A DNA stretch of 64,000 nt, taken from assembly GCA_963663275.1 (NCBI GenBank), contig OY760183.1, forward strand, positions 2,528,001-2,592,000, written 5' to 3'. Within the stretch, counting starts at the first letter, position 1; the number at the start of each line of letters is the position of its first letter. A program made the position numbers and the translations under genes. The notes under the pieces were generated by a model that saw nothing but the letters and a program-made list of their open reading frames with translations, made no database searches and was not told the DNA's origin. Of the stretch, positions 26,378-38,601 are shown in pieces. The DNA comes from Chloroflexota bacterium (lineage in GTDB: Bacteria; Chloroflexota; UBA11872; VXOZ01).

Positions 26378-27118
26378 CTAATACATCATGATACCACCAT
26401 CGACAATCAGAATCTGGCCGGTAATGTACGAGGAATCCTCGGAAGCCAGGAAAGACACCGCTGACGCCAGTTCACGCGGTTCACCGTATCTGCCCAGGGG
26501 CACGATCTTCAGGATAGTTTCCACCATGTCGGCGGGGATCGAGTCCGTCATAGGGCCGCCAAAGTAGCCCGGGGCCACGCAATTGGCGGTCACGTTGCGC
26601 GACGCCACCTCGCGCGCCAGCGAGCGGGTGAAGCCCCACAGACCGGCTTTCGAGGCCGAGTAATTCGCCTGGCCCGGCGCGCCCATGTAGCCGCCAATCG
26701 ACGAAACGTTGATAATGCGCCCGTAGCGCGCCCGCAGCATGTTGCGCACAACCGCCTTGCTGCACAGGAAGGCCGACTTGAGGTTCGTATCCACCACCGC
26801 GTCCCAGTCCGCTTCCGACATGCGCACGAAGAGCGTATCCCGCGTAATGCCGGCGTTATTTACCAGGATGTCGATCTTCTTGTGCTCGTCGTGAATGCTC
26901 CGCACCATCGCTTCGATCTGGGAAGCGTCCGTAACGTCGGCCTGGAGCGCGCCGGCGCTGCCGCCCTGCGCGGTGATTTCCGCCACCACCCGCTCAGCCG
27001 CCTCCGCGCCGCTGTGGTAATGCACAACCACGTGCGCGCCCTCAGCCGCCAGCCGCGCGCAAATGGCGGCGCCCAAGTGCCCGGAACCCCCGGTAACCAG
27101 CGCAATCCGCCCTTCCAT
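26378..27118 (-). CDS. fabG: 3-oxoacyl-ACP reductase
   Basis: ALVTGGSG, NNAGITRD, GQANYSASK, YITGQ; follows fabD. Confidence 0.92.
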   Translation of the reverse strand: MEGRIALVTGGSGHLGAAICARLAAEGAHVVVHYHSGAEAAERVVAEITAQGGSAGALQADVTDASQIEAMVRSIHDEHKKIDILVNNAGITRDTLFVRMSEADWDAVVDTNLKSAFLCSKAVVRNMLRARYGRIINVSSIGGYMGAPGQANYSASKAGLWGFTRSLAREVASRNVTANCVAPGYFGGPMTDSIPADMVETILKIVPLGRYGEPRELASAVSFLASEDSSYITGQILIVDGGIMMY

Positions 27119-27330
27119 AGGTCTTCCTTTTCACACGTGCACGCGGTTCTACCCCAGCGCCTGCCGCTCTCAACCGCGCCGGTGGGACAGCCACCCGTTC
27201 CGGCGGCCCGTCGCGGGATTCCTGAGAACGGTACATGCAATCTTCTTGAATGCCGCCATTTACGAAATAGTAGCATACGGAGCGCAACGGGGGTCAGACG
27301 AACCTGCCCGGCGCGACGCGACGCCCTTCT

Positions 27331-28305
27331 CTAGGGAAACGCCTCGGCCGCTTGCCGCGCTTTTTCATGCGTGTCAACGGACACCGCCGTCGCGCGGTTG
27401 TTGATGCCGCCGATCATCTTGGTGAGCACGCCGCCGGGTCCAAATTCGAAGATCGGCGCCAGGTTGCGGCGCAGCACGATGTCGAGGGTAGCGGCCCAGC
27501 GCACCGGCGAGGTGAGTTGCACGGTCAGTTCGTGCCGGATGGCGTCTACCGTGGTAATGAAGTTGGCCGTGGTATTCGCCACCACCGGCACGCGCGGCGG
27601 CGCCAACGGCGCGGCCTCGACCGCCGCGCGCCACTCGTCCAGCGCCGGCGCCATGGCCGCCGTATGAAACGCCCCGCTTACGCGCAAAGGCACGACCCGC
27701 CGCGCGCCGCGTTCCTTGAGCAAAGATATCGCCCGCGCCAGACCCGCGCGGTCGCCGGCAATGACAACCTGCTGCGGCGTATTGAAGGTAGCGATGCTGA
27801 CGATGCTGCCGGCATCCGCGCCGCGCGCCCGGGCACAGAGCTGCATGACCACCTGGGGCGAGACGCCGATCACCGCCGCCATGCCCCCGGGCGCTTCGGC
27901 GACGGCGCGCTGCATGAGCGCGCCCCGCGTTTGCACCAGGCGCAGCCCATCTTCCAACGAGAGCGACCCGGCGGCGTACAGGGCGGTTAGCTCGCCAATG
28001 CTGTGACCGGCAACGAGTGCCGGCCGCTGCGCCTCGGGCAAGTCCGCCGCCGATTCCGCGCCGCACGCTTCCAGATACGCGGCCAGACACGCGGCGCTGG
28101 CGGCAAATATCGCCGGTTGCGCGTGGCGCGTTTCCGTTAGGGTCTTCAGCGGGCCGCTAAAGCTGAGCGCCGCCACGTCGAAGTCCAGCGCGTCGTTCGC
28201 CGCGTCGTACACGCGCCGCGCGGCGGCGGAGTTTTCCGCCGCGTCCGCGCCCATGCCAATGCGCTGCACGCCTTGGCCGGGAAAGACGAACGCTCGATTT
28301 GCCAT
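27331..28305 (-). CDS. fabD: Malonyl-CoA:ACP transacylase
   Basis: FVFPGQG, AQPAI, GHSIGE, VSGAFH, SPVRW, GPG. Confidence 0.95.
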   Translation of the reverse strand: MANRAFVFPGQGVQRIGMGADAAENSAAARRVYDAANDALDFDVAALSFSGPLKTLTETRHAQPAIFAASAACLAAYLEACGAESAADLPEAQRPALVAGHSIGELTALYAAGSLSLEDGLRLVQTRGALMQRAVAEAPGGMAAVIGVSPQVVMQLCARARGADAGSIVSIATFNTPQQVVIAGDRAGLARAISLLKERGARRVVPLRVSGAFHTAAMAPALDEWRAAVEAAPLAPPRVPVVANTTANFITTVDAIRHELTVQLTSPVRWAATLDIVLRRNLAPIFEFGPGGVLTKMIGGINNRATAVSVDTHEKARQAAEAFP

Positions 28306-28560
28306 ATGCTCAACTACCTAACCGCACTCGAGTCGCAGTGGAACCGGTAACCCCGCCGCGCTCCGGCCCGCCTATAGCCGTTGCGGCAGCGAAGGCCGCG
28401 CAACAAACCACCCCACACGCGCAAGTGTAAGCGTGATGCGCACAATGAAATGGCAGTCAACGGCGCGCTATTCGTCAAAGCGCCGCAAGACGGGGTCGTG
28501 AACGTACCGTAAACAGTCAAGCCAAAAGGGCGTGACGCTCTCTAGCGGCGGCGTATGCGC

Positions 28561-28752
28561 CTACGTGCCCGGCGTTTCGAGTTCCAGCACTTCCTGGCCG
28601 CGGTAGTACCCACAGAAGGAGCAGACCGTATGTGACGGCACCGGCTGGCGGCAGCGCGGACACGCCACCAGGTGCACGTTGAGATTGTTGAGATGCGAAC
28701 GTCTCTTGCCTTGCCGCGAGCGTGATATCTTCTTCTTCGGTTGAGCGCCCAT
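28561..28752 (-). CDS. rpmF: 50S ribosomal protein L32 (Zn-binding type)
   Basis: PKKKISRSRQGKRRSH, CPRC...HTVCSFCGYY. Confidence 0.95.
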   Translation of the reverse strand: MGAQPKKKISRSRQGKRRSHLNNLNVHLVACPRCRQPVPSHTVCSFCGYYRGQEVLELETPGT

Positions 28753-28802
28753 AGTATCCTCTCAGCTAATCGTAGTCATGTACAGAGCGTTAGTCTCTTC
28801 GT

Positions 28803-29360
28803 CTAAGCCGGACGGTCGTGGCGGACGCGCTCCAGCATCTCCTGAATGGGAGCAAATCGCGGATCCACCGCCTCTTCCACGGCGCAATCGCAGACGCTTG
28901 TATTGCGGTCGACGCCGCAGCCCGGACAGAGGCCCCGGCATTCGCGCCGGCAGCGGGGCATGAGCGGTTGGTTGACCTCGATGTACTGCCGCACGGCCTC
29001 GCTCAGATCGAAACGGTCCACGTTCTCGATAAGGTACTCTTCGTCTATGTCGTCGTACTCCAGGCGCAGGGGACTGCCCGTCGCCAGGTCGAAGCGCGGG
29101 AAGAACATCTCGTCGAAGCGCATGTGCAGGTTGTGATCGTACGCGCCCAGGCAGCGGCAACACGATAGTTCAAGGGTTATCGATAAGTCGCTCCTCACCA
29201 CAATGCCCTTACCGGCACGGACCAGCTCGATCACTCCCGCCAGTGGAGCAACCGGCGTTACGTCCTCCCAACCCGGATAAAAGCCATCAACCACGACCCG
29301 GCGGGAAGAGCCCGTCGCTTCCTGCAGCAGTCCGGCCACGTTGATGGTCAAGCGTTCCAT
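28803..29360 (-). CDS. yceD: YceD / DUF177 family protein
   Basis: CCRCL, CRRECRGLCPGCG, DPRF; directly upstream of rpmF. Confidence 0.9.
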   Translation of the reverse strand: MERLTINVAGLLQEATGSSRRVVVDGFYPGWEDVTPVAPLAGVIELVRAGKGIVVRSDLSITLELSCCRCLGAYDHNLHMRFDEMFFPRFDLATGSPLRLEYDDIDEEYLIENVDRFDLSEAVRQYIEVNQPLMPRCRRECRGLCPGCGVDRNTSVCDCAVEEAVDPRFAPIQEMLERVRHDRPA

Positions 29361-29368
29361 TAGTTATT

Positions 29369-29875
29369 TTACTCTACCGGCTCGCGTGAAGCACGTTCGC
29401 CCCGGCCTCTCGTCGAAGGTAACTCCTCCGGCTCGGAATCGGCCATGGCCTCAATGAAGATCTGCACGCGTTCGTGCAGTTGCTCGAGCCGCGTGCGCAA
29501 GTCCGTTAGCGAACGCACCGCGTACTCGTCAGACTCCCGTTGCACTTCGCCGGCCTGTGTTTCCGCCTCTTCCACTATGCGGCGCGCGTTATCCTCCGCG
29601 GCCCGCACCAAGCCGTGCTCGGAGAGAATCTCCTCGGCCTGTTCGTGAGCAATCTCCACGATGCGCTCGGCCTCCAAGCGCGCTTGCTCCGGGATGCGGC
29701 TGCGCTCTTGAAGCATGCGCCGCGCCTGCCGCACTTCATCGGGTATCGACATGCGCATCTGCGCTATAACGTCCAGGCACTCTTGCTCATCCAGCATGAT
29801 CTTGTTGACGAAAGGAACTCTCTGGCCGGTGTTGACAAGCGCCTCCAGACGTTCGATTAGCGCGAATATGTCCAT
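29369..29875 (-). CDS. Conserved coiled-coil protein (DivIVA/ATP synthase B-like) between coaD and yceD
   Basis: LIERLEALV...VPF...IPDEVRQAR, ADEYA-like motif; conserved position in Gram-positive bacteria and Chloroflexota. Confidence 0.8.
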   Translation of the reverse strand: MDIFALIERLEALVNTGQRVPFVNKIMLDEQECLDVIAQMRMSIPDEVRQARRMLQERSRIPEQARLEAERIVEIAHEQAEEILSEHGLVRAAEDNARRIVEEAETQAGEVQRESDEYAVRSLTDLRTRLEQLHERVQIFIEAMADSEPEELPSTRGRGERASREPVE

Positions 29876-29962
29876 TGCGGCTACCCCCTATTTCAATCCG
29901 ACCCACCTATTTCAATGCGCCACAGACCAAACCGCGCCATTGCGATTGGCATACATAGTCCC

Positions 29963-30442
29963 TCAAGCGGCGTGAACGTCACGCAGGCGCGCCGCCACAA
30001 CGGCCGGCACGAAAGCGTCGACGTTTCCGCCCAGTTTCGCCACCTCTTTGACCAGGCTGGCGCTCAAGAACGAGTACTTGACCGAAGTCATCAGGCAAAC
30101 GACCTCTAATTCGGGACGCAGTTGCTGGTACATTGCCGACAACTGAAACTCGTACTCGAAGTCCGTTACGGCCCGCAAGCCGCGCACAAGCACCTGCGCC
30201 CCCAGGTCCCGCGCGCACTCCACGGTAAGGTTGGCAAAACTCCTCACCTGAACGTTCGGCCACCTCTCGATGGCCGACGTAAGCATTTCCACACGGTCTT
30301 CCAAGGAGAAGAGCACGTCTTTCTCAGGATTAGCATAGACTCCGACAAAGAGAATATCAAACAGCCGTGACGCTCTGGCGATGATATCGATGTGGCCGTT
30401 GGTAACCGGATCGAAGCTCCCCGGGTAGAGTGCGACGCGCAC
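29963..30442 (-). CDS. coaD: Pantetheine-phosphate adenylyltransferase
   Basis: YPGSFDPVTNGH, RGLRAVTDFEYE, SASLVKE. Confidence 0.96.
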   Translation of the reverse strand: MRVALYPGSFDPVTNGHIDIIARASRLFDILFVGVYANPEKDVLFSLEDRVEMLTSAIERWPNVQVRSFANLTVECARDLGAQVLVRGLRAVTDFEYEFQLSAMYQQLRPELEVVCLMTSVKYSFLSASLVKEVAKLGGNVDAFVPAVVAARLRDVHAA

Positions 30443-30536
30443 GTTTTTCTCAGCCTTCCCGCATTAGGAGTTTGAACGCTCGAACTATTCACATACTAGA
30501 GAACATCGTACAACAACACAATCACGGAGTGACCTT

Positions 30537-30591
30537 TAAGCGACTTCCAAGCGGCCCCTAAGCGGCCTCAAAACGGCTTCCAAGCGGCTTA
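30537..30591. repeat. 11-bp tandem array (5 units, YAAGCGGCYYC)
   Basis: TAAGCGACTTC CAAGCGGCCCC TAAGCGGCCTC AAAACGGCTTC CAAGCGGCTTA; flanked by the inverted repeat CGGAGTGA/TCACTCCG. Confidence 0.7.
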
Positions 30592-30775
30592 CGACCGCCC
30601 GCGCTCTCCGCTGCTCACTCCGCTGTACGGATTCCTCCCACTTGCCCTGCGGTATTCTACCAACGACGCGCGGGTAAGACAACTTGAGCAGGGCGCGGAC
30701 TTTTCAGATTCAGGCTCGTTGTGTGGCGACAAGCGATTCCTCGCGCGCGGCGACACCCAATGTGGCATGTCCTTC

Positions 30776-30852
30776 TGTCACTCTGGGGAGCGTAGCGAAG
30801 AAGAATCTCGCGTGCGGGGCAATCGTAAGTTCCTCGCCGCGTTCGGAATGAC
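30776..30852. repeat. REP-like family B dyad (TGTCATTCCGAGCG...GAATCT / AGATTCCTCG...CGGAATGAC)
   Basis: Degenerate copy of the dyads at 10581, 39565 and 47749. Confidence 0.65.
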
Positions 30853-30957
30853 GGAAGCGCAGGCATGTAAAGCTCCCCATTCTGGCGCTGCTATTGCCGG
30901 ATCCACCTCCGATTGCGCCGGAACGTCCGGTCTGCTAGCATAGAGTCATAGTTTCGC

Positions 30958-31714
<757 letters not shown>

Positions 31715-32662
31715 ATGCCGCTGGAGCGCAAAGACCTCCTGGACCTGGACGATTTTTCGTCAGACGAACTCATGCTGCTCCTGGATACCACTGCCGCCAT
31801 GACGGAGATTCTCTCCCGTCCCATCCGGCGCGTGCCGACGCTGCGCGGCAAGACGATCGTCAACATGTTCTACGAGGCCAGCACGCGCACCCGCTCTTCA
31901 TTCGAACTGGCCGCCAAGAATCTCTCCGCCGACCTCGTAAACGTCTCCGCCAGCCAGAGCAGCGTCGAAAAAGGGGAGTCGCTCATCGACACCATGCGCA
32001 CGCTGCAAGCGTTGGGCGCCGACATGCTCGTGATGCGCCACTGGGAAGCCGGCGCGCCGTATCTGGCCGCGTCCTGGCTGAACGCTTCCGTGATTAACGC
32101 CGGCGACGGCTGGCACGCCCATCCCAGCCAGGCGCTGCTCGACCTCTACACCGTGCGCGAACGCATCGGCGCGATCGAAGGCGTCAAGCTCGTTATCGTC
32201 GGCGACATCCTGCACAGCCGCGTGGCGCGTTCCAATCTCTGGGGCTTTGGCGCGCTCGGCGCTCACGTCGTCCTTTGCGGGCCGCCCACCCTCTTGCCTT
32301 CCGCTCTTCTGGGCGTCTTTGGCGCGCCGCCGTGGCTTTCTTTGTCATACGACCTCGACGAGGCGCTGGCGGACGCCGACGTGGTGATGATGCTGCGCCT
32401 CCAACGCGAGCGCATGGCCGGCGGGCTGTTGCCCTCGGCGCGGGAGTACGCCGCCCGTTTCGGCCTGACGCGCCAGCGGATGCAGCGCGCCCGCGCCAAC
32501 GCGCTCATCATGCACCCCGGCCCCATGAACCAGGGCGTGGAAATTACACCTGAACTCGCATACGGCGAGCAATCCGTGATCGAACAGCAGGTCGCCCACG
32601 GCGTGGCGGTGCGCATGGCGATCTTCTACTTGCTTGCGGGCACGGCGGAGCGGCTGGCATGA
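31715..32662 (+). CDS. pyrB: Aspartate carbamoyltransferase catalytic subunit
   Basis: FYEASTRTRSSF, INAGDG, HPSQALLD, GDILHSRV, MHPGP. Confidence 0.96.
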   Translation: MPLERKDLLDLDDFSSDELMLLLDTTAAMTEILSRPIRRVPTLRGKTIVNMFYEASTRTRSSFELAAKNLSADLVNVSASQSSVEKGESLIDTMRTLQALGADMLVMRHWEAGAPYLAASWLNASVINAGDGWHAHPSQALLDLYTVRERIGAIEGVKLVIVGDILHSRVARSNLWGFGALGAHVVLCGPPTLLPSALLGVFGAPPWLSLSYDLDEALADADVVMMLRLQRERMAGGLLPSAREYAARFGLTRQRMQRARANALIMHPGPMNQGVEITPELAYGEQSVIEQQVAHGVAVRMAIFYLLAGTAERLA

Positions 32663-34038
32663 ACGACACCTGGCTCATCAAAGGCACCCGCGTCATCGAC
32701 CCGGCGAACAACCTCGACGCCGCGCGGGACATTCTCATACGAGACGGCAACATCGCGGGCATCGGCGAATCGCTCTCCCCGGACGGCGTGCCGGTCATCG
32801 ACGCCGGCGGCCTCGTGGTCGCGCCCGGCTTCGTGGATCTGCACTGCCATCTGCGCGAGCCGGGATTCGAGTACAAGGAGACCATCGCCAGCGGCACGCG
32901 GGCGGCGTTGCGCGGCGGCTTCACAACCGTGTGCAGCATGGCGAACACCGACCCGGTGGTGGATACCCCGGCAAATGTGTCTTATGTGCTGCAACGCGCG
33001 CAAGCAGCCGCCGCCGCGCGCGTCTATCCCCTGGCCGCCGTCACGCGGGGTCTGGCGGGCACACAGCTTGTGGAAATGGCGGCCCTGGCGGAGGCCGGCG
33101 CGGTGGCCTTCTCCGACGACGGCATGCCAGTAGCCGACGCCCGCATGATGCGCCACGCGCTGGAATACAGCCTGTTGGTGGACAAGCCCATCGTCAACCA
33201 CTGCGAAGACCCGGCGCTCGCCCACGAAGGCGTGATGCATGAAGGCGCAACCTCGCTGCGGCTGGGGTTGCGCGGGATGCCGGCGGAAGCCGAGGAGACG
33301 ATGGTCGCCCGTGACGCGCTGCTGGCCCGCCGCACGGGCGCGCGCGTGCACATTGCCCACGTCTCGACGCAGGGCAGCGTGGAGATCATCCGCGCGGCAA
33401 AGCGGCAGGGCGTCCGCATTACGGCGGAGGTGACGCCCCATCACCTTACCCTTACCGACGCGGTCGTGGCGGGAAGCCTGCTAACGGAGTCCGCGGCGCT
33501 CGCCTATGACACCCGCGCCAAAGTCAATCCGCCTCTGCGCGCAGTCGCCGACGTAGACGCCCTCATCGAAGGCCTGAACGACGGCACGCTCGACGCCATC
33601 GCCACCGACCACGCGCCCCACAGCACGAACGACAAGCTCTGCGAGTTCAGCGACGCGGCCTCGGGCATTTCGTGCCTGGAAACTGCGTTTTCGCAAGTCT
33701 ACCAGTTGGCGCGGGACGGGCGCGTGCCGCTGGCAAGGCTCATCGGCAAGCTGACGGCTGAACCGTCACGGGTTTTCGGCCTGCCGGCGGGAACCCTCAC
33801 CGTGGGCGCGCCGGCGGACATTGCCGTGCTCGACCTGGCCGCCGCCTGGACCGTCGAGCCGCAAAAATTCGCTTCCAAGGGGAAGAATACGCCGCTTGCG
33901 GGCGCAACCCTGCCCGGCGTGGTGGCGATGACGTTCGTCGGCGGCCGGTTGCTCTATTCCGCCGACGGCTACGGCGCGCGCGGCAAGACCGGCACCTGCG
34001 GCGAAGACGGTGAAGACGGACAAGGAGGGGCGCAGTAG
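32659..34038 (+). CDS. pyrC: Dihydroorotase
   Basis: DLHCHLREPG, FSDDG, HCED, EVTPHH, KVNPPLR, ATDHAPH, SKGKNTP. Confidence 0.95.
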   Translation: MNDTWLIKGTRVIDPANNLDAARDILIRDGNIAGIGESLSPDGVPVIDAGGLVVAPGFVDLHCHLREPGFEYKETIASGTRAALRGGFTTVCSMANTDPVVDTPANVSYVLQRAQAAAAARVYPLAAVTRGLAGTQLVEMAALAEAGAVAFSDDGMPVADARMMRHALEYSLLVDKPIVNHCEDPALAHEGVMHEGATSLRLGLRGMPAEAEETMVARDALLARRTGARVHIAHVSTQGSVEIIRAAKRQGVRITAEVTPHHLTLTDAVVAGSLLTESAALAYDTRAKVNPPLRAVADVDALIEGLNDGTLDAIATDHAPHSTNDKLCEFSDAASGISCLETAFSQVYQLARDGRVPLARLIGKLTAEPSRVFGLPAGTLTVGAPADIAVLDLAAAWTVEPQKFASKGKNTPLAGATLPGVVAMTFVGGRLLYSADGYGARGKTGTCGEDGEDGQGGAQ

Positions 34039-34040
34039 AC

Positions 34041-35246
34041 GTGCCGGACGCAAATCTCCATCCCCACGCGCTGCTGGCGCTGGAAGACGGTACGGTCTTC
34101 TATGGCTACGCCTTTGGCTCGCGCCAAGACGCCGCCGGGGAACTCTGCTTCAATACCAGCATGACCGGCTACCAGGAGATCGCGACCGACCCGTCGTATC
34201 GCGGGCAAATCGTCACCCTGACGTATCCGCTCATCAACAACTACGGTGTCACGCCGGCCGACATGGAGTCGGTGCGGCCCTGGCTCTCCGGCTTGGTAGT
34301 GCGCGAACTCTGCCCGCATCCCAGCAACTGGCGCGCCACGCATGAGCTTGACCGTTTCCTTGCCGAGCAGGGCATTCCCGGCATCTACGGCCTGGATACC
34401 CGCGCCATTACGCGGCGGCTCCGCACCCACGGCTTCCAGCGCGCCGCGCTGACCGTGGCGCCGCCGGACGTGCTGCCGGACGAAGCGCATGACTCGTTTC
34501 TCTGGTTGAGCGGCCGCGCGCCGGGCATCGAGGATTATGTCAATGAATGTGTCGCCCGCGCGCAGGGCGTCACGCCGCTATCGGGCCACAACGTCGTCGG
34601 TGAAGTCTCGGTGAACACGGGAGCCTACACCGCCCCCGCCCCCTGGGAGCCGTGGGCGCAACCGCCGCCAGCCGCCGCCGGCAAACGCATCGTCCTCATC
34701 GACACCGGCGCGAAGCACAACATTGCCCACTCGCTCACCAGCCGCGGCGCGGAGGTGGTTTGGATGCCCTATGGGACGCCCTACGAGGAGATTCGAGACC
34801 TCACGCCGGACGGCATCGTGGTCTGCAACGGGCCGGGCGATCCGGACGTGGGCGCGGTTGCCGCCACCGTGGAAACCACCGCCAGGCTCATGCAACGCTA
34901 CCCCACGCTCGGCATCTGTTTGGGACATCAGATCATCGCGCTGGCCGCGGGCGCGCGCACGAGCCGACTCAAGTTCGGCCACCGGGGCGCGAACCATCCG
35001 GTGCAAGACCTCGCCACCGGCAAGGCCCACATCACCACCCAAAATCACGGCTTTCAGGTGGACGCCGCCAGCATCCCGGCCAGGAGCGGTTTTCAGGTGA
35101 GCCACGTCAGCCTCAACGACGGCTCAGTCGAGGGCCTCCGCCACCAAGACTTGCCGGTATCCAGCGTGCAGTACCATCCGGAGGCGTGCCCGGGGCCGCA
35201 GGACAACCAGTACCTTTTTGATGAGTTCATAGAGCGCCTTACATGA
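34041..35246 (+). CDS. carA: Carbamoyl-phosphate synthase small subunit
   Basis: [42 protein letters not shown]. Confidence 0.96.
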   Translation: MPDANLHPHALLALEDGTVFYGYAFGSRQDAAGELCFNTSMTGYQEIATDPSYRGQIVTLTYPLINNYGVTPADMESVRPWLSGLVVRELCPHPSNWRATHELDRFLAEQGIPGIYGLDTRAITRRLRTHGFQRAALTVAPPDVLPDEAHDSFLWLSGRAPGIEDYVNECVARAQGVTPLSGHNVVGEVSVNTGAYTAPAPWEPWAQPPPAAAGKRIVLIDTGAKHNIAHSLTSRGAEVVWMPYGTPYEEIRDLTPDGIVVCNGPGDPDVGAVAATVETTARLMQRYPTLGICLGHQIIALAAGARTSRLKFGHRGANHPVQDLATGKAHITTQNHGFQVDAASIPARSGFQVSHVSLNDGSVEGLRHQDLPVSSVQYHPEACPGPQDNQYLFDEFIERLT

Positions 35247-38200
35247 CACAGAAACCGTCCAAAGTGCTCATCCTCGGTTCCGGCCCGATCATCATCGGCC
35301 AGGCCGCCGAGTTCGACTACGCCGGCACCCAGGCCTGCAAAGCCATGCGCGAGGAGGGCGTGACGGCGGTGCTGGTCAACTCCAATCCCGCCACCATCAT
35401 GACGGACGAGGACATCGCCGACGAGGTCTACATCGAACCGCTCACCGTGCCGGTGGTCGAGCGCATCATCGCCCGGGAGCGCCCGGAGGGGCTGATTCCC
35501 ACCCTCGGCGGGCAGACCGGCCTCAACCTCGCCGTCGCCCTCGCTGAAGCGGGCGTGCTGGAGAGACACGGCGTGCGGCTGTTGGGCACGCCCTTGTCCG
35601 CCATTCAGAAAGCGGAAGACCGGGAACTCTTCCGGCAGACCATGACCCAAATCGGGGAACCGATCCCGGCCAGCAGGACGGTGCAGTCCGTCCGGGAAGC
35701 AGAAGCGTTCGTGGCGGAAATCGGCCTGCCGGTCGTCATCCGGCCCGCCTACACGTTGGGCGGCACCGGCGGCGGTATCGCCAACACGCCAGACGAGGTG
35801 CGCGCGGTGGTGGCGAGCGGCCTCTCCGCCAGCCCCATCCAGCAAGTGCTGGTGGAAGAGTACCTGCTGGGCTGGAAGGAGATCGAGTACGAGGTCATGC
35901 GCGATAGCGCCGACAACTGCATCACCGTGTGCAACATGGAAAACTTCGATCCCATGGGCATCCACACCGGCGACTCCATCGTCGTCGCGCCCAGCCAGAC
36001 CTTGAGCGACCGGGAGTACCAGATGCTCCGCACCGCTTCGCTCAACATCATCCGGTCGTTGGGCATCGAAGGCGGCTGCAACGTGCAACTCGCCTTAGAC
36101 CCCCACTCGTTCGCCTACCGCGTCATCGAGGTCAATCCGCGCGTCAGCCGCTCCTCCGCGCTCGCCTCCAAGGCCACCGGCTACCCGATTGCGCGCATGG
36201 CGGCGAAGATCGCCATTGGCCGCACACTGGATAAACTGCCTAACCCCATTACGCAGCGCACCACCGCCGCGTTCGAGCCGGCGCTCGACTACGTGGTGGT
36301 GAAGATACCGCGTTGGCCGTTCGACAAGTTCCCTTCCGGCGACCGGGTACTGGGCACGCAGATGAAGTCCACCGGCGAGGTGATGGCAATCGACCGCACG
36401 CTGGAAGCCGCCCTGCAGAAGGCGGTGCGCGGGCTGGAAATCGGCGATCGCAGCCTGATGTGGGAAGACGAACAGTGGCAGCATGATCCGGCGGCCGTCT
36501 GGCGGCACGTCGAAGAGGCCAGCGACGCGCGCCTGTGGGCAATCATGAGCGCGCTGCGGCGCGGGGTGAGCGTGGCGGAAATCGCGCGCCGCTCCCACAT
36601 CGACCCCTTCTTCCTCCATAAGTTCGCCGCCATCCGCGACATGGAGCAGCGGCTCCTGGCCGAATCGCTCACGCCGGGCTTGCTGTGGGAGGCGAAGCGC
36701 CTGGGTTTCGCGGACTCCCAGATCGGCACGCTCGCCGACGTGCTGCCGGCCCGCGTGCGCGAAATGCGGAAGCAGTGGGGCATCCTGCCGGTCTACAAGA
36801 TGGTCGACACCTGCGCCGCCGAGTTCGAGGCCCAGACCCCGTACTTCTACAGCACGTATGAGCTTGAGAACGACGCGCCGGCCTTGGCAGAAACCAGCGC
36901 CGCGGTCGTTGGATCGGGTCCCATCCGCATCGGCCAGGGCATCGAGTTCGACTATTGCTCCGTGCACGCGGCGTGGGCGCTCGACCGCGCCGGGGTGCGG
37001 AGCATCATGGTGAACAGCAATCCGGAGACCGTTTCCACCGATTTCGACACCTCGGACCGCCTCTACTTCGAGCCGCTCGACACCGAAAGCGTCCTGAACG
37101 TGCTCGACAACGAAGGCGTGCCGCCCACCATCGTGCAATTCGGCGGGCAGACGGCCATCAACCTCGCCGAACCGCTTACTTTGGAGAACGTCTCGCTGGC
37201 GGGCAGCGGCGTATCCGCCATCGACCTCGCCGAAGACCGGCGCAAGTTCGAGGCCTTTTTGGATCGGCTCGGCATTCCCCAGCCGCCCGGCGCGGCGGTG
37301 ACCAGCGTGGACGACGCCCTGGCCGTGGCTTCCAACATCGGCTATCCGGTGCTCGTGAGGCCTTCATACGTGCTTGGCGGTCGGGCGATGGAGATCGTGA
37401 ATACGCCGGACGACCTGAAGCGCTACGTGGCGAACGCCGTGCGGCTCTCCTCGCGCCACCCCGTGCTGGTTGACAAGTACCTCCAGGGCATGGAGGTGGA
37501 AGTGGACGCCATCTGCGACGGCAAGGAAGTGCTCATCCCGGGCATCATGGAGCACATCGAGCAGGCGGGCGTGCACTCCGGCGACAGTTTCGCGGTCTAC
37601 CCGCCCCGCGATAGCCGCGAGCGCATCGAACAAGCCCTGGTTGACTACACCACGCGCATCTGCCTGGAAATCGGGGTGTTGGGCCTGGTTAACATCCAGT
37701 ACGTCATCTTCCAGGACGAGGTCTTCGTGCTGGAGGTCAACCCCCGCTCCAGCCGCACCGTGCCCTTCCTGAGCAAGGTGACGAACGTGCCCATGGTGCG
37801 CCTGGCAACGCTGGCCATGCTGGGAAAATCGCTCGCCGAGATGGGGTATCGCGGCGGCCTGCGGCCTACGCAGCCGCTGGTGGCCGTGAAAGCGCCCGTG
37901 TTCAGCATGGCAAAACTGCGCGGTGTGGAAACCTCGGTGGGCCCGGAGATGAAGTCCACCGGCGAGGTAATGGGGGTTGACGTCACGTTCGAGGCGGCGC
38001 TCTACAAGGCCATGGTGGCCTCCGGCCTCAACGTGCCCGCGGGCGGCACCTTCCTCCTCTCCATTGCCGACGCGGATAAGGACGCCATCCGCCCGATCGT
38101 CCGCCAGCTTGCCGCGGCCGGGTTCAACTTTATGGCCACCGAGGGCACGGCGGCCATGCTGGAAGAGATGAACGTCCCCGTGCGCATGATTAGCAAGCGC

Positions 38201-38443
38201 CTGCAAGGCACGCCCAACGTGGTTTCCGTAATTCAGGACGGCGAGGTGCAGGCCGTGATAAACTCGCTCACCGGCGGCCGCGCCGTGCTGCAAGACGGCT
38301 TCTACATCCGCCGCGCGGCGGTGGAGCGCCAGATTCCCTGCCTCACCTCCCTCGACACCTCCCGCGCCCTGGCCACCGCGCTCTCGCTGCAGCAGGACGC
38401 CTACGAAGTGCGCCCCCTGCGCGCGTACCGCGACGATCGGTGA
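35243..38443 (+). CDS. carB: Carbamoyl-phosphate synthase large subunit
   Basis: [45 protein letters not shown]-terminal MGS domain. Confidence 0.97.
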   Translation: MTQKPSKVLILGSGPIIIGQAAEFDYAGTQACKAMREEGVTAVLVNSNPATIMTDEDIADEVYIEPLTVPVVERIIARERPEGLIPTLGGQTGLNLAVALAEAGVLERHGVRLLGTPLSAIQKAEDRELFRQTMTQIGEPIPASRTVQSVREAEAFVAEIGLPVVIRPAYTLGGTGGGIANTPDEVRAVVASGLSASPIQQVLVEEYLLGWKEIEYEVMRDSADNCITVCNMENFDPMGIHTGDSIVVAPSQTLSDREYQMLRTASLNIIRSLGIEGGCNVQLALDPHSFAYRVIEVNPRVSRSSALASKATGYPIARMAAKIAIGRTLDKLPNPITQRTTAAFEPALDYVVVKIPRWPFDKFPSGDRVLGTQMKSTGEVMAIDRTLEAALQKAVRGLEIGDRSLMWEDEQWQHDPAAVWRHVEEASDARLWAIMSALRRGVSVAEIARRSHIDPFFLHKFAAIRDMEQRLLAESLTPGLLWEAKRLGFADSQIGTLADVLPARVREMRKQWGILPVYKMVDTCAAEFEAQTPYFYSTYELENDAPALAETSAAVVGSGPIRIGQGIEFDYCSVHAAWALDRAGVRSIMVNSNPETVSTDFDTSDRLYFEPLDTESVLNVLDNEGVPPTIVQFGGQTAINLAEPLTLENVSLAGSGVSAIDLAEDRRKFEAFLDRLGIPQPPGAAVTSVDDALAVASNIGYPVLVRPSYVLGGRAMEIVNTPDDLKRYVANAVRLSSRHPVLVDKYLQGMEVEVDAICDGKEVLIPGIMEHIEQAGVHSGDSFAVYPPRDSRERIEQALVDYTTRICLEIGVLGLVNIQYVIFQDEVFVLEVNPRSSRTVPFLSKVTNVPMVRLATLAMLGKSLAEMGYRGGLRPTQPLVAVKAPVFSMAKLRGVETSVGPEMKSTGEVMGVDVTFEAALYKAMVASGLNVPAGGTFLLSIADADKDAIRPIVRQLAAAGFNFMATEGTAAMLEEMNVPVRMISKRLQGTPNVVSVIQDGEVQAVINSLTGGRAVLQDGFYIRRAAVERQIPCLTSLDTSRALATALSLQQDAYEVRPLRAYRDDR

Positions 38444-38474
38444 GAGAGAGATGTTATGCGAAGTGCCCCCGCCG

Positions 38475-38531
38475 GTGGCGCAGGTTTCAAACCTGCACAG
38501 AAAAATCGTAGCGCGGGGGCTTGTCCCCCGC
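38475..38531 (+). repeat. Two GTAG-type REPs
   Basis: GTGGCGCAGGTTTCAAACCTGCAC at 38475 and family A at 38508. Confidence 0.75.
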
Positions 38532-38601
38532 TTCCTCGCCCAACGACGCGCGCCGCTGGCAGCATAAAGTAGCAACAAACGAGCAGCGGAGAGCAGAACA
38601 A

